Origin: an uncultured Candidatus Saccharibacteria bacterium
GTDB taxonomy: Bacteria > Patescibacteriota > Dojkabacteria > SC72 > WJKH01
Assembly (NCBI GenBank): GCA_964602665.1
Contig: CAZRRH010000002.1
Coordinates: 1-60,170 of the forward strand
Direction of reading: 5' to 3'
Length of the DNA: 60,170 nucleotides
The translations under genes were made by a program, and so were the position numbers. Position 1 is the stretch's first letter. Each line of letters starts with the position of its first letter. Of the stretch, positions 8,129-17,860 are shown piece by piece. The notes beneath the pieces are model-generated. The model was given only the letters and a program-made list of their open reading frames with translations, had not been told where the DNA came from and did no database searches.

Positions 8129-10339
8129 TTATTTTATTACGACAAGTTTGTGTAATGTCCTTGTGAATGCAACATAAAGAAGTTTTGCATCTAAGATTTT
8201 TTTCCCTTCTCTGTCTGGAGTAAAGTATTTTGAATCTTTATCAACAACTATTACAGAGTCAAACTCAAGCCCTTTGGCTTTTTCTATTGGTAGAACCAAA
8301 ACAGCAGATTTATAATCTGAAACCTCATAGTTGTAGATAAATCGTTTAGATTTGAAATCTTTGATCATATCATATATTTTGTCTGCATGCGCGTAATCTT
8401 GACATAAGATCGCCGTGGTACTATCACCTTCTTTGTCGAATTGATTTATAAGTTCAGATAGACTGTTTTTAAGATCATTTGTGCTTATTTCTTTTACATC
8501 AGCTCCATGTCTTAAAACTCCCTCTGGAGGAGAAAAAGGCAAATCGTTTTTACCAAAAACTGTATGTAGAAAATTCCTTGTATAGTCAATAACCTCTATT
8601 GTTGTTCGGTAGCATTTTTTTAGCTCGTGATAGGATATGCTTGGTCTTGTAAATCCGATTCCTCTTGATAATTCATCATCGTTTAGCAAATCTATGACCT
8701 CTTTCCAGCTTTTTATCTGAAAAGGAGGAATAATTGATTGAGCCAAATCACCTGTTATTGTAACATTGCCGTTTTTACTGTATAAAAAAAGAGTAAATAT
8801 CGCAAATAAGCTTATATCTTGAGCCTCGTCTATCAAAATATAATCATATTTTTTATTATCATCTCCGTTTAAATAGTTTTCTATCAATAGAATAGGGGGA
8901 AGGTCTTCTGATTTATACTCTCTGCCATTTAAAGTTTTTGCTGTGTAATTATATATTTTGCTTAGCTGCTCTTTATTAAGGTTAGCAAACCTATCTAGTA
9001 GTTTATCTCTAAATAATTTACGGTAAATGTTATATGATCTACATTCCTGTTTAAAATATCTTCGAATAGCCTCGATTTTATAAGGCTCATACTGGTTATT
9101 AAAATAGTTTGAGACAAAGTTTTTTCCGTAGTTTTGTTGTTGAAGAGCATATTCAAGTGATAAATTAAGTGCTTCGATAAGCGAAAGAGAACGAAATTGA
9201 GATTTTAGATAGGTAAAACGATTTTTTATTACTATCTTTAGTTCTTGGTGAGGTATATTCTCTATTAAGTTATCTTCCCAAAATTTAAGGTAATTCTTGA
9301 TCGTTTTTATAAACTCTTTGCTTCCTTTAAAACTTTTTATGTCAAAATAATCCTCTTTGTTTGATATAAAATATTTATCTTCCCAGCCAAGTTTTGATTT
9401 ACCCCAAAGAAGATAAGTATTTCGCTGTATTCCAAAAACACCGAGCGTATTGAGTGCATCAGATATATAATCCAAGAAAAGAACATTTGGAGCTATAACA
9501 AGTGAATTGTCGATTTTAATTTTATCTTTGTAATTATAAGCAATGTAAGATATTTTATGTAGCAGTATTGTTGTTTTGCCACTACCTGCGACACCTTGTA
9601 CAATTGTTGTTTTACCAATATCTTCTCTAATTATATTATTCTGCTCCTCTTGGATGGTTGATATGATATCTTGTAGTTTTTTTCCAACCCTTCGCTTAAG
9701 ATTTGTTAATAAAAATGCGTCAACTGTACTGTTTCCTGTGCTTTGATCGTAAACATTGTTAAGAGTCCCATTGGAGATATCAAGCTGTAGCTTTTTTGTC
9801 AAATCTCCTTTCTGAATTCCAACGGGAGATTTAAAAGAGACTTCTTTTGTTGGACCTGAATAATTGTAGTATAAGTTCGCAATAGGAGCTCGCCAATCTG
9901 TTACTATTACTCGTTTTGTCTCTTCATCGAAATATGCCTGTTTCCCAATATATGATGTTATATTGCTTGTTGGGAAATTATTATCTTCTTTGCGATCAAA
10001 TATTATTTTGCCAAAGTATGGGGAGTCAAATTGCGATAAAAGTCTATCGTTAATATAATTAATATTTAAAGAGGCAAGTTTATAGAATTTATTATACTCC
10101 GATTGCGCTGAAGATTTATCATCTCCCGTGCTGTTTTCTACTTGTTCAATAAGCTCTTCAAGCTGTTTTTCTAGCTCAACAAGACGATTATGCTTCATAT
10201 ATATTTCGCTTGAAACAAGTGAGAGTGCTTTGTTCAGATTGTCTTGCTCCTGTGGGAATTTGCTGCTCTTCTCGTTAGCTTTTAGTATCTGTCCTATTTT
10301 CTCAAATAAAGGATCTAGATATTGAGTTAAATTGAGCAT
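8129..10339 (-). CDS. helD: HelD-like RNA polymerase-associated SF1 ATPase
   Basis: SPYFGKI, VTDWRAPIANLYY, LQDIISTIQEEQNNIIR, GVAGSGKT, DEAQD, YRTT, KGLEFD. Start moved to ATG 10339 (MLNLTQ); the track extension to 10585 overlaps the divergent DUF192 gene. Confidence 0.85.
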   Translation of the reverse strand: MLNLTQYLDPLFEKIGQILKANEKSSKFPQEQDNLNKALSLVSSEIYMKHNRLVELEKQLEELIEQVENSTGDDKSSAQSEYNKFYKLASLNINYINDRLLSQFDSPYFGKIIFDRKEDNNFPTSNITSYIGKQAYFDEETKRVIVTDWRAPIANLYYNYSGPTKEVSFKSPVGIQKGDLTKKLQLDISNGTLNNVYDQSTGNSTVDAFLLTNLKRRVGKKLQDIISTIQEEQNNIIREDIGKTTIVQGVAGSGKTTILLHKISYIAYNYKDKIKIDNSLVIAPNVLFLDYISDALNTLGVFGIQRNTYLLWGKSKLGWEDKYFISNKEDYFDIKSFKGSKEFIKTIKNYLKFWEDNLIENIPHQELKIVIKNRFTYLKSQFRSLSLIEALNLSLEYALQQQNYGKNFVSNYFNNQYEPYKIEAIRRYFKQECRSYNIYRKLFRDKLLDRFANLNKEQLSKIYNYTAKTLNGREYKSEDLPPILLIENYLNGDDNKKYDYILIDEAQDISLFAIFTLFLYSKNGNVTITGDLAQSIIPPFQIKSWKEVIDLLNDDELSRGIGFTRPSISYHELKKCYRTTIEVIDYTRNFLHTVFGKNDLPFSPPEGVLRHGADVKEISTNDLKNSLSELINQFDKEGDSTTAILCQDYAHADKIYDMIKDFKSKRFIYNYEVSDYKSAVLVLPIEKAKGLEFDSVIVVDKDSKYFTPDREGKKILDAKLLYVAFTRTLHKLVVIK

Positions 10340-10385
10340 TCTTATATTATAGCATATTCTAAATAATTTTGCTATAATTATTTTT

Positions 10386-10934
10386 ATGAATAAGAGAATA
10401 ATTGCTGTAATACTTGCTTTCGTTGCTTTAATAACATATTTTGGATTAAGGTTTGACCTTTTTGATAAAATAAAATTAGAAAAAGTTAATGAAATAACCC
10501 AGGAAAAAGCAGAAATCAAGCAATTCCGGATTGATGCTAGCCACCCCGTTTTACGCATCATAATCGTAACAAAAAATGGTGACAAATTTGATTTGGAAGT
10601 TGAAATTGCAAAGGAGGAAAGAGAGAAAGAAATAGGATTAATGTTTAGAGAGAAGTTAGAAGAAAATAAAGGAATGCTTTTTGTCTACGAAGCTGATAAT
10701 AGTTCGAAATTTTGGATGAAAAACTGTAAAATTCCGCTAGATATAATATTTATAGATAAGGATGGTGTCATAATAGAGATTGCTAAAAACGCACAGCCAT
10801 GTTATTATGACCCTTGTGCTTTTTATGGGTCAACTCTCCCTTATAGATATGTTTTAGAGGTTAATGGCGGTTGGTCAGATAAAAACGAAATAAATTTAGG
10901 AGACAAGATGATTTATGATAACAACGATAATTGA
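10386..10934 (+). CDS. DUF192 family protein with N-terminal membrane anchor
   Basis: GLMFRE...GMLFVY...FWMKN..IPLDIIFID...YVLEVNGG. Confidence 0.9.
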   Translation: MNKRIIAVILAFVALITYFGLRFDLFDKIKLEKVNEITQEKAEIKQFRIDASHPVLRIIIVTKNGDKFDLEVEIAKEEREKEIGLMFREKLEENKGMLFVYEADNSSKFWMKNCKIPLDIIFIDKDGVIIEIAKNAQPCYYDPCAFYGSTLPYRYVLEVNGGWSDKNEINLGDKMIYDNNDN

Positions 10935-11553
10935 ATACATGATTAAGCTCATGGAACAGACAGGATATTTTGGTCTTGCTTTTGCTGTTATGCTTGAGAG
11001 TTTTGTGGCGATAATTCCTAGTGGGGCAATTTTACCGTTCGCAGGATTTTTAGTTGGAGAAGGTAAATTAAATATGTTTCTTGTCGTTTTAGTGGCTGGA
11101 TTTTCAAGCTATATTGGAACATTGCCTTTTTATCTAATTGGATTGATATGGGATAGAGAAAAGATTTTTTATATGACAGAAAAATATGGTAAATACATAT
11201 TTATTGAGCTTGAAGAAGTTAAAAAAGCTTTTGCAATGTTTGATAAGCATGATAAACCACTACTCTTTTTTGGTAGGATGATTCCAATTGTAAGATCACT
11301 AATCTCACTTCCTGCAGGCATTGCTAGAATGAATTTCTGGCAGTTTTCACTTTATACAATATCTGGAGCTTGTCTGTGGTCCGCTATTGCTGCGACGGCA
11401 GGATATTTTTTGGGGAAAGAATGGGAAGTTTTCGGCTATTATTTAGATAGATACGAGAATTTCTGGTATGCGATTATAGCGCTTATTTGTCTTGGATTTG
11501 TCTTTTATAAAGTAAGATCTGCTAAGAAAAAGAAATCTGAAAATCTCAAATAA
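10915..11553 (+). CDS. dedA: DedA family membrane protein
   Basis: LES...IPSGAILPFAGFL, FFGRMIPIVRSLISLPAG. Confidence 0.92.
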   Translation: MITTIIEYMIKLMEQTGYFGLAFAVMLESFVAIIPSGAILPFAGFLVGEGKLNMFLVVLVAGFSSYIGTLPFYLIGLIWDREKIFYMTEKYGKYIFIELEEVKKAFAMFDKHDKPLLFFGRMIPIVRSLISLPAGIARMNFWQFSLYTISGACLWSAIAATAGYFLGKEWEVFGYYLDRYENFWYAIIALICLGFVFYKVRSAKKKKSENLK

Positions 11554-13045
11554 GCACTTTACCTGTCATCTCACTTGGTATATTTATTCCCATAAGTTTT
11601 AGTGCTGTTGGAGCAATATCTGCAAGGATACCTAACGGGAGTTTGGCACTTTTCATATCATTCCCTGCCAAAATAAATGGTACCGGATTAATTGAGTGTT
11701 CTGTATCTACTTCACCTGTTTTAGGATTTAGTAGCTCTTCAACATTTCCATGATCTGCTGTTATAATAACTTTGCCATTGAAAGCTAGAAATCTCCTTGT
11801 AAGCTCACCAACGCAATAATCTACTATTTTAACAGCGAGTTTTGATGCTTCAAAATTGCCTGTATGACCGACCATATCTCCATTGGCAAAATTTACAACT
11901 ATTAGGTTGTAATATTTTTGTGAAATTCTTTCTTTTAAAACTTCGGTTATCTGTAGCGCGCTCATCTCGGGAGCATAATCGTAAGTGGGGACATTTGGAG
12001 ATTGTATTTCTATTCTGTTTTCGTTTGGATAGATGATATTAGCTCCGCCATTGAAAAAATATGTAATATGAGCAAATTTCTCTGACTCTGCGATTCGAAG
12101 CTGTCGAAGTCCAGTTTCTGAAATAATTCTTCCAAGGGGTAATGTTATATTATCTCGTGGCACAAGAATATTTTGTGGGAAATTCTTCTCGTACTCAACC
12201 ATTCCTGTAAAGAAAATCTTTTTATACTTATTTACTTTAAATTGTGTGAAATTTTCATCTGCAAAGCTTTTACTTATTTGTAATGCTCTATCAGCTCTGA
12301 AATTAAAATTAATTATAAAATCGCCATTTTTTACCTTTACTGGGGTAATAACTGAAGGTTTAATGAACTCGTCGTTTATTCCTTGCTGATATGATTTTTC
12401 AATACAGTCTCTCCAGTTATCATATTTTGTTCCTTGGCTATTTGCAATCAAATTGTAAGCTTTCTCTGTTCTTTCCCATGTTTGATTTCTATCCATGCCA
12501 AAATATCTACCGCAAATCGTCGCAATTTTGACTTCTGGTTTGTCTGATATAAATTTTTCAAGCTGTTCAAAGTAGATATTTGCAGATCGCGGTGGAGAAT
12601 CTCTCCCATCAGTAAAAAGATGAAGATAGGTATTTATTTTACGATTATGTAAAAAACCAATTATTGCAAAAAGGTGATTAATATGTGAATGAACACTACC
12701 ATCGCTAATACAGCCCATTAAATGAACATTTTTTGCGCTTGATGCGATTTTATTAAGAGTATTGTTTGAGTAAAAACTCTTATTTTCAATTGCTCTATTT
12801 ATCCTTGGAAGGTTTTGATAAACAACTTTGCCTGCTCCAATAGCTAGATGTCCGACCTCACTGTTTCCTTTTGTATTCTCAGGTAAACCAACTGATTGTG
12901 AGCTTGCAAAAAGATAAGTGTGAGGGTAATTATTCCAAAGAGTACTTAAATTAGATGGGTTAGCTTCTGTTATTGCGTTGCCTGGGCTTTTCTTAGCTAC
13001 TCCAAAGCCATCAAGTATAATTATCATTAAGAATTTTGTTTGCAT
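11546..13045 (-). CDS. gpmI: 2,3-bisphosphoglycerate-independent phosphoglycerate mutase
   Basis: ILDGFG, GNSEVGH, DGRD, GRYFGMDR, AESEKFAHITYFFNGG, DMVGHTG, TADHGN. Confidence 0.97.
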   Translation of the reverse strand: MQTKFLMIIILDGFGVAKKSPGNAITEANPSNLSTLWNNYPHTYLFASSQSVGLPENTKGNSEVGHLAIGAGKVVYQNLPRINRAIENKSFYSNNTLNKIASSAKNVHLMGCISDGSVHSHINHLFAIIGFLHNRKINTYLHLFTDGRDSPPRSANIYFEQLEKFISDKPEVKIATICGRYFGMDRNQTWERTEKAYNLIANSQGTKYDNWRDCIEKSYQQGINDEFIKPSVITPVKVKNGDFIINFNFRADRALQISKSFADENFTQFKVNKYKKIFFTGMVEYEKNFPQNILVPRDNITLPLGRIISETGLRQLRIAESEKFAHITYFFNGGANIIYPNENRIEIQSPNVPTYDYAPEMSALQITEVLKERISQKYYNLIVVNFANGDMVGHTGNFEASKLAVKIVDYCVGELTRRFLAFNGKVIITADHGNVEELLNPKTGEVDTEHSINPVPFILAGNDMKSAKLPLGILADIAPTALKLMGINIPSEMTGKVLI

Positions 13046-13112
13046 TATTTCTAATAATATTATATAATTGAGGAGTAGTAAAGGGGCTAGTTAATATTTT
13101 AAAAATAATCAT

Positions 13113-13427
13113 ATGATTGAAAGACCTGATATAACTGTAGGTGATACAGTAAGATTACATCTAAAAATTAAAGAAGGCAATAAAGAGAGAATTCAGATAT
13201 TTGAAGGCATTGTTTTATCATTATCCGGTACTGGGGAGACAAAAACTATGACAGTAAGAAAAATGTCTGGCGGAATTGGCGTTGAGAAAGTTATCCCACT
13301 AAATATGCCAACAATGGAAAAAGTTGAAATCGTCAAAAAAGGTAAGGTTAGAAAAGCGAAATTATACTTTATGAGAAGCAAAATTGGTAAAAGGGCGATG
13401 GATGTAAAAACCAGTGAAAGTAAATAA
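13113..13427 (+). CDS. rplS: 50S ribosomal protein L19
   Basis: GDTVRLHLKIKEGNKERIQIFEG...GVEK...GKVRKAKLYF. Confidence 0.97.
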   Translation: MIERPDITVGDTVRLHLKIKEGNKERIQIFEGIVLSLSGTGETKTMTVRKMSGGIGVEKVIPLNMPTMEKVEIVKKGKVRKAKLYFMRSKIGKRAMDVKTSESK

Positions 13428-13433
13428 TTTGTT

Positions 13434-13506
13434 GCGGGAGTAGTTCAGTGGTTAGAATAGCTGTTTTCCAAACAGTAGGTCGTGGGTTCGAATCCCATCT
13501 CCCGCT
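13434..13506 (+). tRNA. tRNA-Gly(UCC)
   Basis: Acceptor GCGGGAG/CTCCCGC, anticodon arm GCTGT-TTTCCAA-ACAGT, T-loop TTCGAAT; 6 nt after the rplS stop. Confidence 0.93.
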
Positions 13507-13531
13507 GTCTAATATTATATTAGATTAATAA

Positions 13532-14134
13532 ATGCCAACGATATTTCCTCCAGCAAAATCAGTTACACCTGCTAATACAAACACAAATTCGAGTACAAGC
13601 ACTTCTACAACCCCGCCATCTAATAATATTACAATGCCAAACACTCCATCTCCTTATGTTCCTGCGCCAGCACCAATGCCAGCCTCGCCAGCGAGAAATT
13701 ATTGGAATGATACAGGCTTTGATGGATGGAATGATCCTTATTCAAGAAGTATGCCTATGAGTGATCAAGGCAACAAACGAATTACACCAGAGGAGAGAGA
13801 AGCTCTTGTTAAAAAGCTATATAAAGAGATTTTGGGTAGGGAAGCTACCGCTAGAGACATAAATTATCATAAATATGGTATATCTGGCGAAGATGAGATA
13901 AGGAAACAGCTTATCTCTTCTGAAGAGTTTAAAACAATGATATCAAATGCAACAAAGTATAATGATATTAAGGATAAATATAACAAAACAATGCAAAGAA
14001 ATAATCAAATGGAAGCTCAAATAAAAGACCAGATAGAAGAGTTCAAAAAGCTTTTGCAGTTATTAAATGAGAAAAATAAATATATTGAAAAACTAAGAAC
14101 AGAATTAAATAATCCATATAACATAGTAAAATAA
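13532..14134 (+). CDS. Hypothetical protein: Pro/Thr-rich N-terminus, DUF4214-like helical core, coiled coil
   Basis: LVKKLYKEILGREAT...YH...QLISSEEF resembles the DUF4214 pattern; heptad-rich C-terminus. Confidence 0.55.
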   Translation: MPTIFPPAKSVTPANTNTNSSTSTSTTPPSNNITMPNTPSPYVPAPAPMPASPARNYWNDTGFDGWNDPYSRSMPMSDQGNKRITPEEREALVKKLYKEILGREATARDINYHKYGISGEDEIRKQLISSEEFKTMISNATKYNDIKDKYNKTMQRNNQMEAQIKDQIEEFKKLLQLLNEKNKYIEKLRTELNNPYNIVK

Positions 14135-14138
14135 AATT

Positions 14139-14504
14139 ATGTACGAGTACATCGGTGAAAGGATAAAAAGGGCAAGAGAATCTAGAGGATTGTCGCAGAA
14201 ATTACTTGGTGTTAAATTAGGTTTATCTGACAAAGCAATAAGCTCATATGAAAGTGCAAGGACGGTTCCTCCTATCGAGACAATGTATAAAATCGCAAAA
14301 GAGCTTAAGAAGCCAATAAGCTTTTTTCTGGAAAGTGAAGAGGACGATGCTTCTTTGCTTGAACGAATTGACAGAATAGAAAAAAGTATTGGTGGCTTTG
14401 TGGAAGATTTGCAAACAGTCAAGCAAATATTAAAAGGGATGGAGGACAATAATGAGCAAGATCCTAATTTACCTCCTGTTACTGTACCTGTAGAAGATAT
14501 TTAG
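14139..14504 (+). CDS. XRE-family HTH transcriptional regulator
   Basis: IGERIKRARESRGLSQKLLG..LGLSDKAISSYES.RTVP; C-terminal coiled coil. Confidence 0.9.
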   Translation: MYEYIGERIKRARESRGLSQKLLGVKLGLSDKAISSYESARTVPPIETMYKIAKELKKPISFFLESEEDDASLLERIDRIEKSIGGFVEDLQTVKQILKGMEDNNEQDPNLPPVTVPVEDI

Positions 14505-14511
14505 AGATATT

Positions 14512-15075
14512 ATGAAAAGAATACTCTTTTTTATATTAATAATAGGTTTTCTAAGTTTGGATACTGTATTTGCTGCGGATGAAATTGCGCAAGAAGATCA
14601 ATCTAATGAATATTTCGATATAGAGGTTGATATTGGAACGCAATCATTTTGGGATAAATCAGTTCCTATAACAGTAAAATTTACTCCAAAAATTGACAGT
14701 AGTAAGACTGAATTAACTTTCGATCATCTTGATGGGATACAGATAGTTAAGAGATTTGACGATTTTTTTGCTGTTTCGAAAGATCAATCAGTTTCATTAA
14801 AAGCCAAAGTTATTCCCGAGAGCAGTGGTAGCTTTTCGATTGGGGTTAATGTAATAAGTTGGGGCGATTATAATTATATAAACTCAGAAAAAATCAAGCT
14901 AGAATTTGGAGATGATAGAGTCCTTGTACCTGCTCAACAAGGTTACAAAACTGGAAGAGCAATCTATGTCGTAATAATACTGGGATTTTTTGCAGGATTA
15001 ATATTTGGAGTGTTCTTATTCCTTAAAAAGATATCTCCACTTATAATTAAGTGGATCAAGCCTGATGTTTACTAA
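14512..15075 (+). CDS. Exported beta-sandwich-like protein with C-terminal TM helix
   Basis: Signal peptide ending VFA, beta-rich middle, C-terminal hydrophobic helix. Confidence 0.55.
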   Translation: MKRILFFILIIGFLSLDTVFAADEIAQEDQSNEYFDIEVDIGTQSFWDKSVPITVKFTPKIDSSKTELTFDHLDGIQIVKRFDDFFAVSKDQSVSLKAKVIPESSGSFSIGVNVISWGDYNYINSEKIKLEFGDDRVLVPAQQGYKTGRAIYVVIILGFFAGLIFGVFLFLKKISPLIIKWIKPDVY

Positions 15076-16843
15076 AAATTTTCCTAAATATTAAAAAAAG
15101 TATAAGTCCAAAAATACTTATCGATAAGAGTTTAATCAGTATGGCAAAAGAGCTATTTTGCATCTTTTCAACTGAAATACTTGTATTAACAGTTGTCGTC
15201 TGATCATATCCGCTAGTTACTTCAAAAAATGTTGAGAAATTGTTTTTTTCTTTTACAAGTACGGTTATTGATTTTTCCTGACCTGGGAGAATTATATTAT
15301 CAATGTTTTGGACGATTTGGAGCCTTTCATCTTCTGTTGATACAGATCTTACAATTCTATTGCCCGAGTTTTTTATCGTTATGTTTGCAAATATGTCTTT
15401 TTGCCAGAATTCATATTTGACATTTGGAGAACTTGCAACTAGGTAATCAATTTTTGCTAAGCCGTTTTGAGAGAGGACAATTGAATAATTAGCAGAATCA
15501 GTTGTTGTAAATGAGGGAGATATAGAGTCTTGATCCCTGACTATTATTGAAACATGATCATTAAATTTTTCACCATAATAAGTTTTGCTCTCTACAAGTA
15601 AGTCTAATGTAGGATCTAATACAAGCCATCCTGTGCTGGCAGTATATATTTCGAGCCAATAATGGAAAAAGCCTTCTTGGCCATACTCGTTTGGGCTTAC
15701 ATATCCAAAAACCATTCTTGCAGGAATTCCAAGTGAGCGATAAACAGCAATATATGTATCGACAATGTCCTCAATTGATAAGTCTGTGTTTTGCTTTAAG
15801 GCCTCTGTTGCACCAATTCGTTGATTTAAGTCATTATTTTGTGCTAATTTAAGCCTGTTTATCAGGTAATTATATATGTCTTCTGCCGAGCTGTTTTTCG
15901 GTAAATCTGCTGTTAATGTTGGATCTGTTATTTCCCAGTATCCGGTACCAGCGGTTAAAATATTACTGTTTTTATAAGTAGTTTTGTTTTCTTCTACAAT
16001 TATGCCTCCGCTGATCTTTATATTTACTGTCTGATTAGGATTAACATTATATTGAAAAAAGATATTGTCAGCAGAATCAATATACACAGAGGTTGGCATC
16101 GGTGATATTTCTGAGAAAATAACGGACTGATTATGATGTTCTCTTGGAATGTTTATTGTAGCGATATAGCCTTGGTTTGAATCTGAATTTTCATATGTTT
16201 TCTCAATATTAAAATCGTATGTAAAATTATCGCCTGCTATAACTGTTAGTGCATTTGTATCATCTTTTATCTGGTTAATATCCTTATATGAGAGATAAAA
16301 GTAATCTCCAATAGTATCCAAATTTGAGTATCTCAGAGATGAATATAACGGCTTCCCTCTGCTTTTAGGATAGATAAGCTGGAGTGATTTAATGTTTAAG
16401 TTCTGAGCTAAATCTATTGGAACAACAAATTTCCTTCCATTTGTATCAAGGAAGTTTTCAATCTCAAAGAAGGCATTAAAAGTGTATGGAGAAGATTCTT
16501 TTATTATTAAATCTCCTAAACTAACAACAATCTCCGTGAAATTTTCTCTAGAGTATTTTGCAAAAGGAACTGTCTTGCCCTGACTTGTTATTACGGTGCT
16601 TTTTACCTCTGAGAAAGGAAGATATAAATTGTAATGATTTAATACTGATGGATAAGTGCTGTTGCTTTCAAGCTTGACGGTTAAACTTATCAGAAGATTG
16701 CCATTTTTTATAGTGTAGATAACATCTGAATTAGAGGCAATACTTGAGCTCTCTTGTGCTAATGCGTAGTTGCCAAAGGAGAACAAAAATAAGCTAAAAA
16801 TAAATATTGATATTTTTCTCAAAAAGCCAGTTAAACTTATCAT
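15056..16843 (-). CDS. Membrane-anchored transglutaminase-like domain protein, catalytic Cys absent
   Basis: RSLGIPARMVFG...HYWLEIY...GWLVLDPT; signal peptide and C-terminal TM; no cysteine in the translation. Confidence 0.8.
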   Translation of the reverse strand: MISLTGFLRKISIFIFSLFLFSFGNYALAQESSSIASNSDVIYTIKNGNLLISLTVKLESNSTYPSVLNHYNLYLPFSEVKSTVITSQGKTVPFAKYSRENFTEIVVSLGDLIIKESSPYTFNAFFEIENFLDTNGRKFVVPIDLAQNLNIKSLQLIYPKSRGKPLYSSLRYSNLDTIGDYFYLSYKDINQIKDDTNALTVIAGDNFTYDFNIEKTYENSDSNQGYIATINIPREHHNQSVIFSEISPMPTSVYIDSADNIFFQYNVNPNQTVNIKISGGIIVEENKTTYKNSNILTAGTGYWEITDPTLTADLPKNSSAEDIYNYLINRLKLAQNNDLNQRIGATEALKQNTDLSIEDIVDTYIAVYRSLGIPARMVFGYVSPNEYGQEGFFHYWLEIYTASTGWLVLDPTLDLLVESKTYYGEKFNDHVSIIVRDQDSISPSFTTTDSANYSIVLSQNGLAKIDYLVASSPNVKYEFWQKDIFANITIKNSGNRIVRSVSTEDERLQIVQNIDNIILPGQEKSITVLVKEKNNFSTFFEVTSGYDQTTTVNTSISVEKMQNSSFAILIKLLSISIFGLILFLIFRKIFSKHQA

Positions 16844-17522
16844 ATTTTCTTAAAAGCTGCTTAACAATAGGTAATTTTGATGATAAATTATATCTTGCAT
16901 CAAATTTATCTGGCTTTATTCTATAATATTTCTCGACATTAATAAAGTCTGGGTTAAGAACTATCGCGGGCTTTGAGTTTTTGCTTATGACATAGTATGG
17001 AATTTCATCCTGTTCGTCTGCTAGTAAGAAATTTCTTGCGGCATAAGAGTAAATCTCACATGCAATTAATGGTGTATAAAGTTTTGTATTTATAATTTTG
17101 AGTTTAAAATTTGGTGGTACAATAACTTTTTGTCCCTCCTTGACTTTAACAATGTATATCTTATCGTTTTTTACATCTTGCATCATTACAATGCCACTTC
17201 CATGACTAATCTCAATGATTTTAGGATATGATTTTAAAAGATAGCAATGGGTTTTTATGTATTCGATGCCTGCTACTCCAGGTTGGAGCAAATAAAAATT
17301 AAGCTTAATTCCTTTTTCTTTAAAAAATCCTTCATGATCAATTGAAACAAATCGTGAATAAAAACATGTTGGACAATTAACATTTCTATTAATTAAATGC
17401 TTACGGATATCTGCCAAAGTGTAATTAACTGTCTGAGAAAAACAGAAATCTTTACTACAGATATTGTTTTCTTTTATGTATATAGGAAGTCCTGTTTTTT
17501 TCTTTAGGTCTAAGTTGATCAT
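16794..17522 (-). CDS. Cupin-type (archaeal PgiA-like) glucose-6-phosphate isomerase homologue, degenerate
   Basis: PGVAGIEYIKT, GSGIVMMQD, GQKVIVPP, YYVI..N.K..IVLNPDF match the GPI cupin layout; metal ligands not conserved. Confidence 0.6.
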   Translation of the reverse strand: MINLDLKKKTGLPIYIKENNICSKDFCFSQTVNYTLADIRKHLINRNVNCPTCFYSRFVSIDHEGFFKEKGIKLNFYLLQPGVAGIEYIKTHCYLLKSYPKIIEISHGSGIVMMQDVKNDKIYIVKVKEGQKVIVPPNFKLKIINTKLYTPLIACEIYSYAARNFLLADEQDEIPYYVISKNSKPAIVLNPDFINVEKYYRIKPDKFDARYNLSSKLPIVKQLLRKYDKFNWLFEKNINIYF

Positions 17523-17524
17523 TT

Positions 17525-17809
17525 TTATAGAGAAAGTGCTTTTATTATCTCTACAACGACAAGCATTATAATTAAGTAAAAAAATAGCCCAATAATTGCG
17601 TTAATATCAATATAAATTCCTTCAAAATATGCTGGTGAGCCAAGTCCAGCTAAAGGGCTTAAGAAAAGATCAGAATAGCGATAAACAATCCTTGTAAGTG
17701 GAGTATAATCGGGGGAATTAAGTAATTTAAGAACTATCCTTGCAGCTATAGTAGTCTCAATGATTGTAAGTACTATGTAAATCAACTTTGCAAGAAGTTT
17801 CATGGCCAA
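17525..17809 (-). CDS. YggT family membrane protein
   Basis: RIVLKLL...VYRYSDLFLSPLAG...IDINAIIGL. Confidence 0.75.
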   Translation of the reverse strand: MAMKLLAKLIYIVLTIIETTIAARIVLKLLNSPDYTPLTRIVYRYSDLFLSPLAGLGSPAYFEGIYIDINAIIGLFFYLIIMLVVVEIIKALSL

Positions 17810-17860
17810 TTATATCATAAATAGCCCTAAAAGTCAAGCAAGACAGATGAAAAGTAAATC

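Noticed and set aside
10340-10585. N-terminal extension of helD in the track
   Set aside because: Overlaps the divergent DUF192 gene, and a clear -10 box precedes ATG 10339
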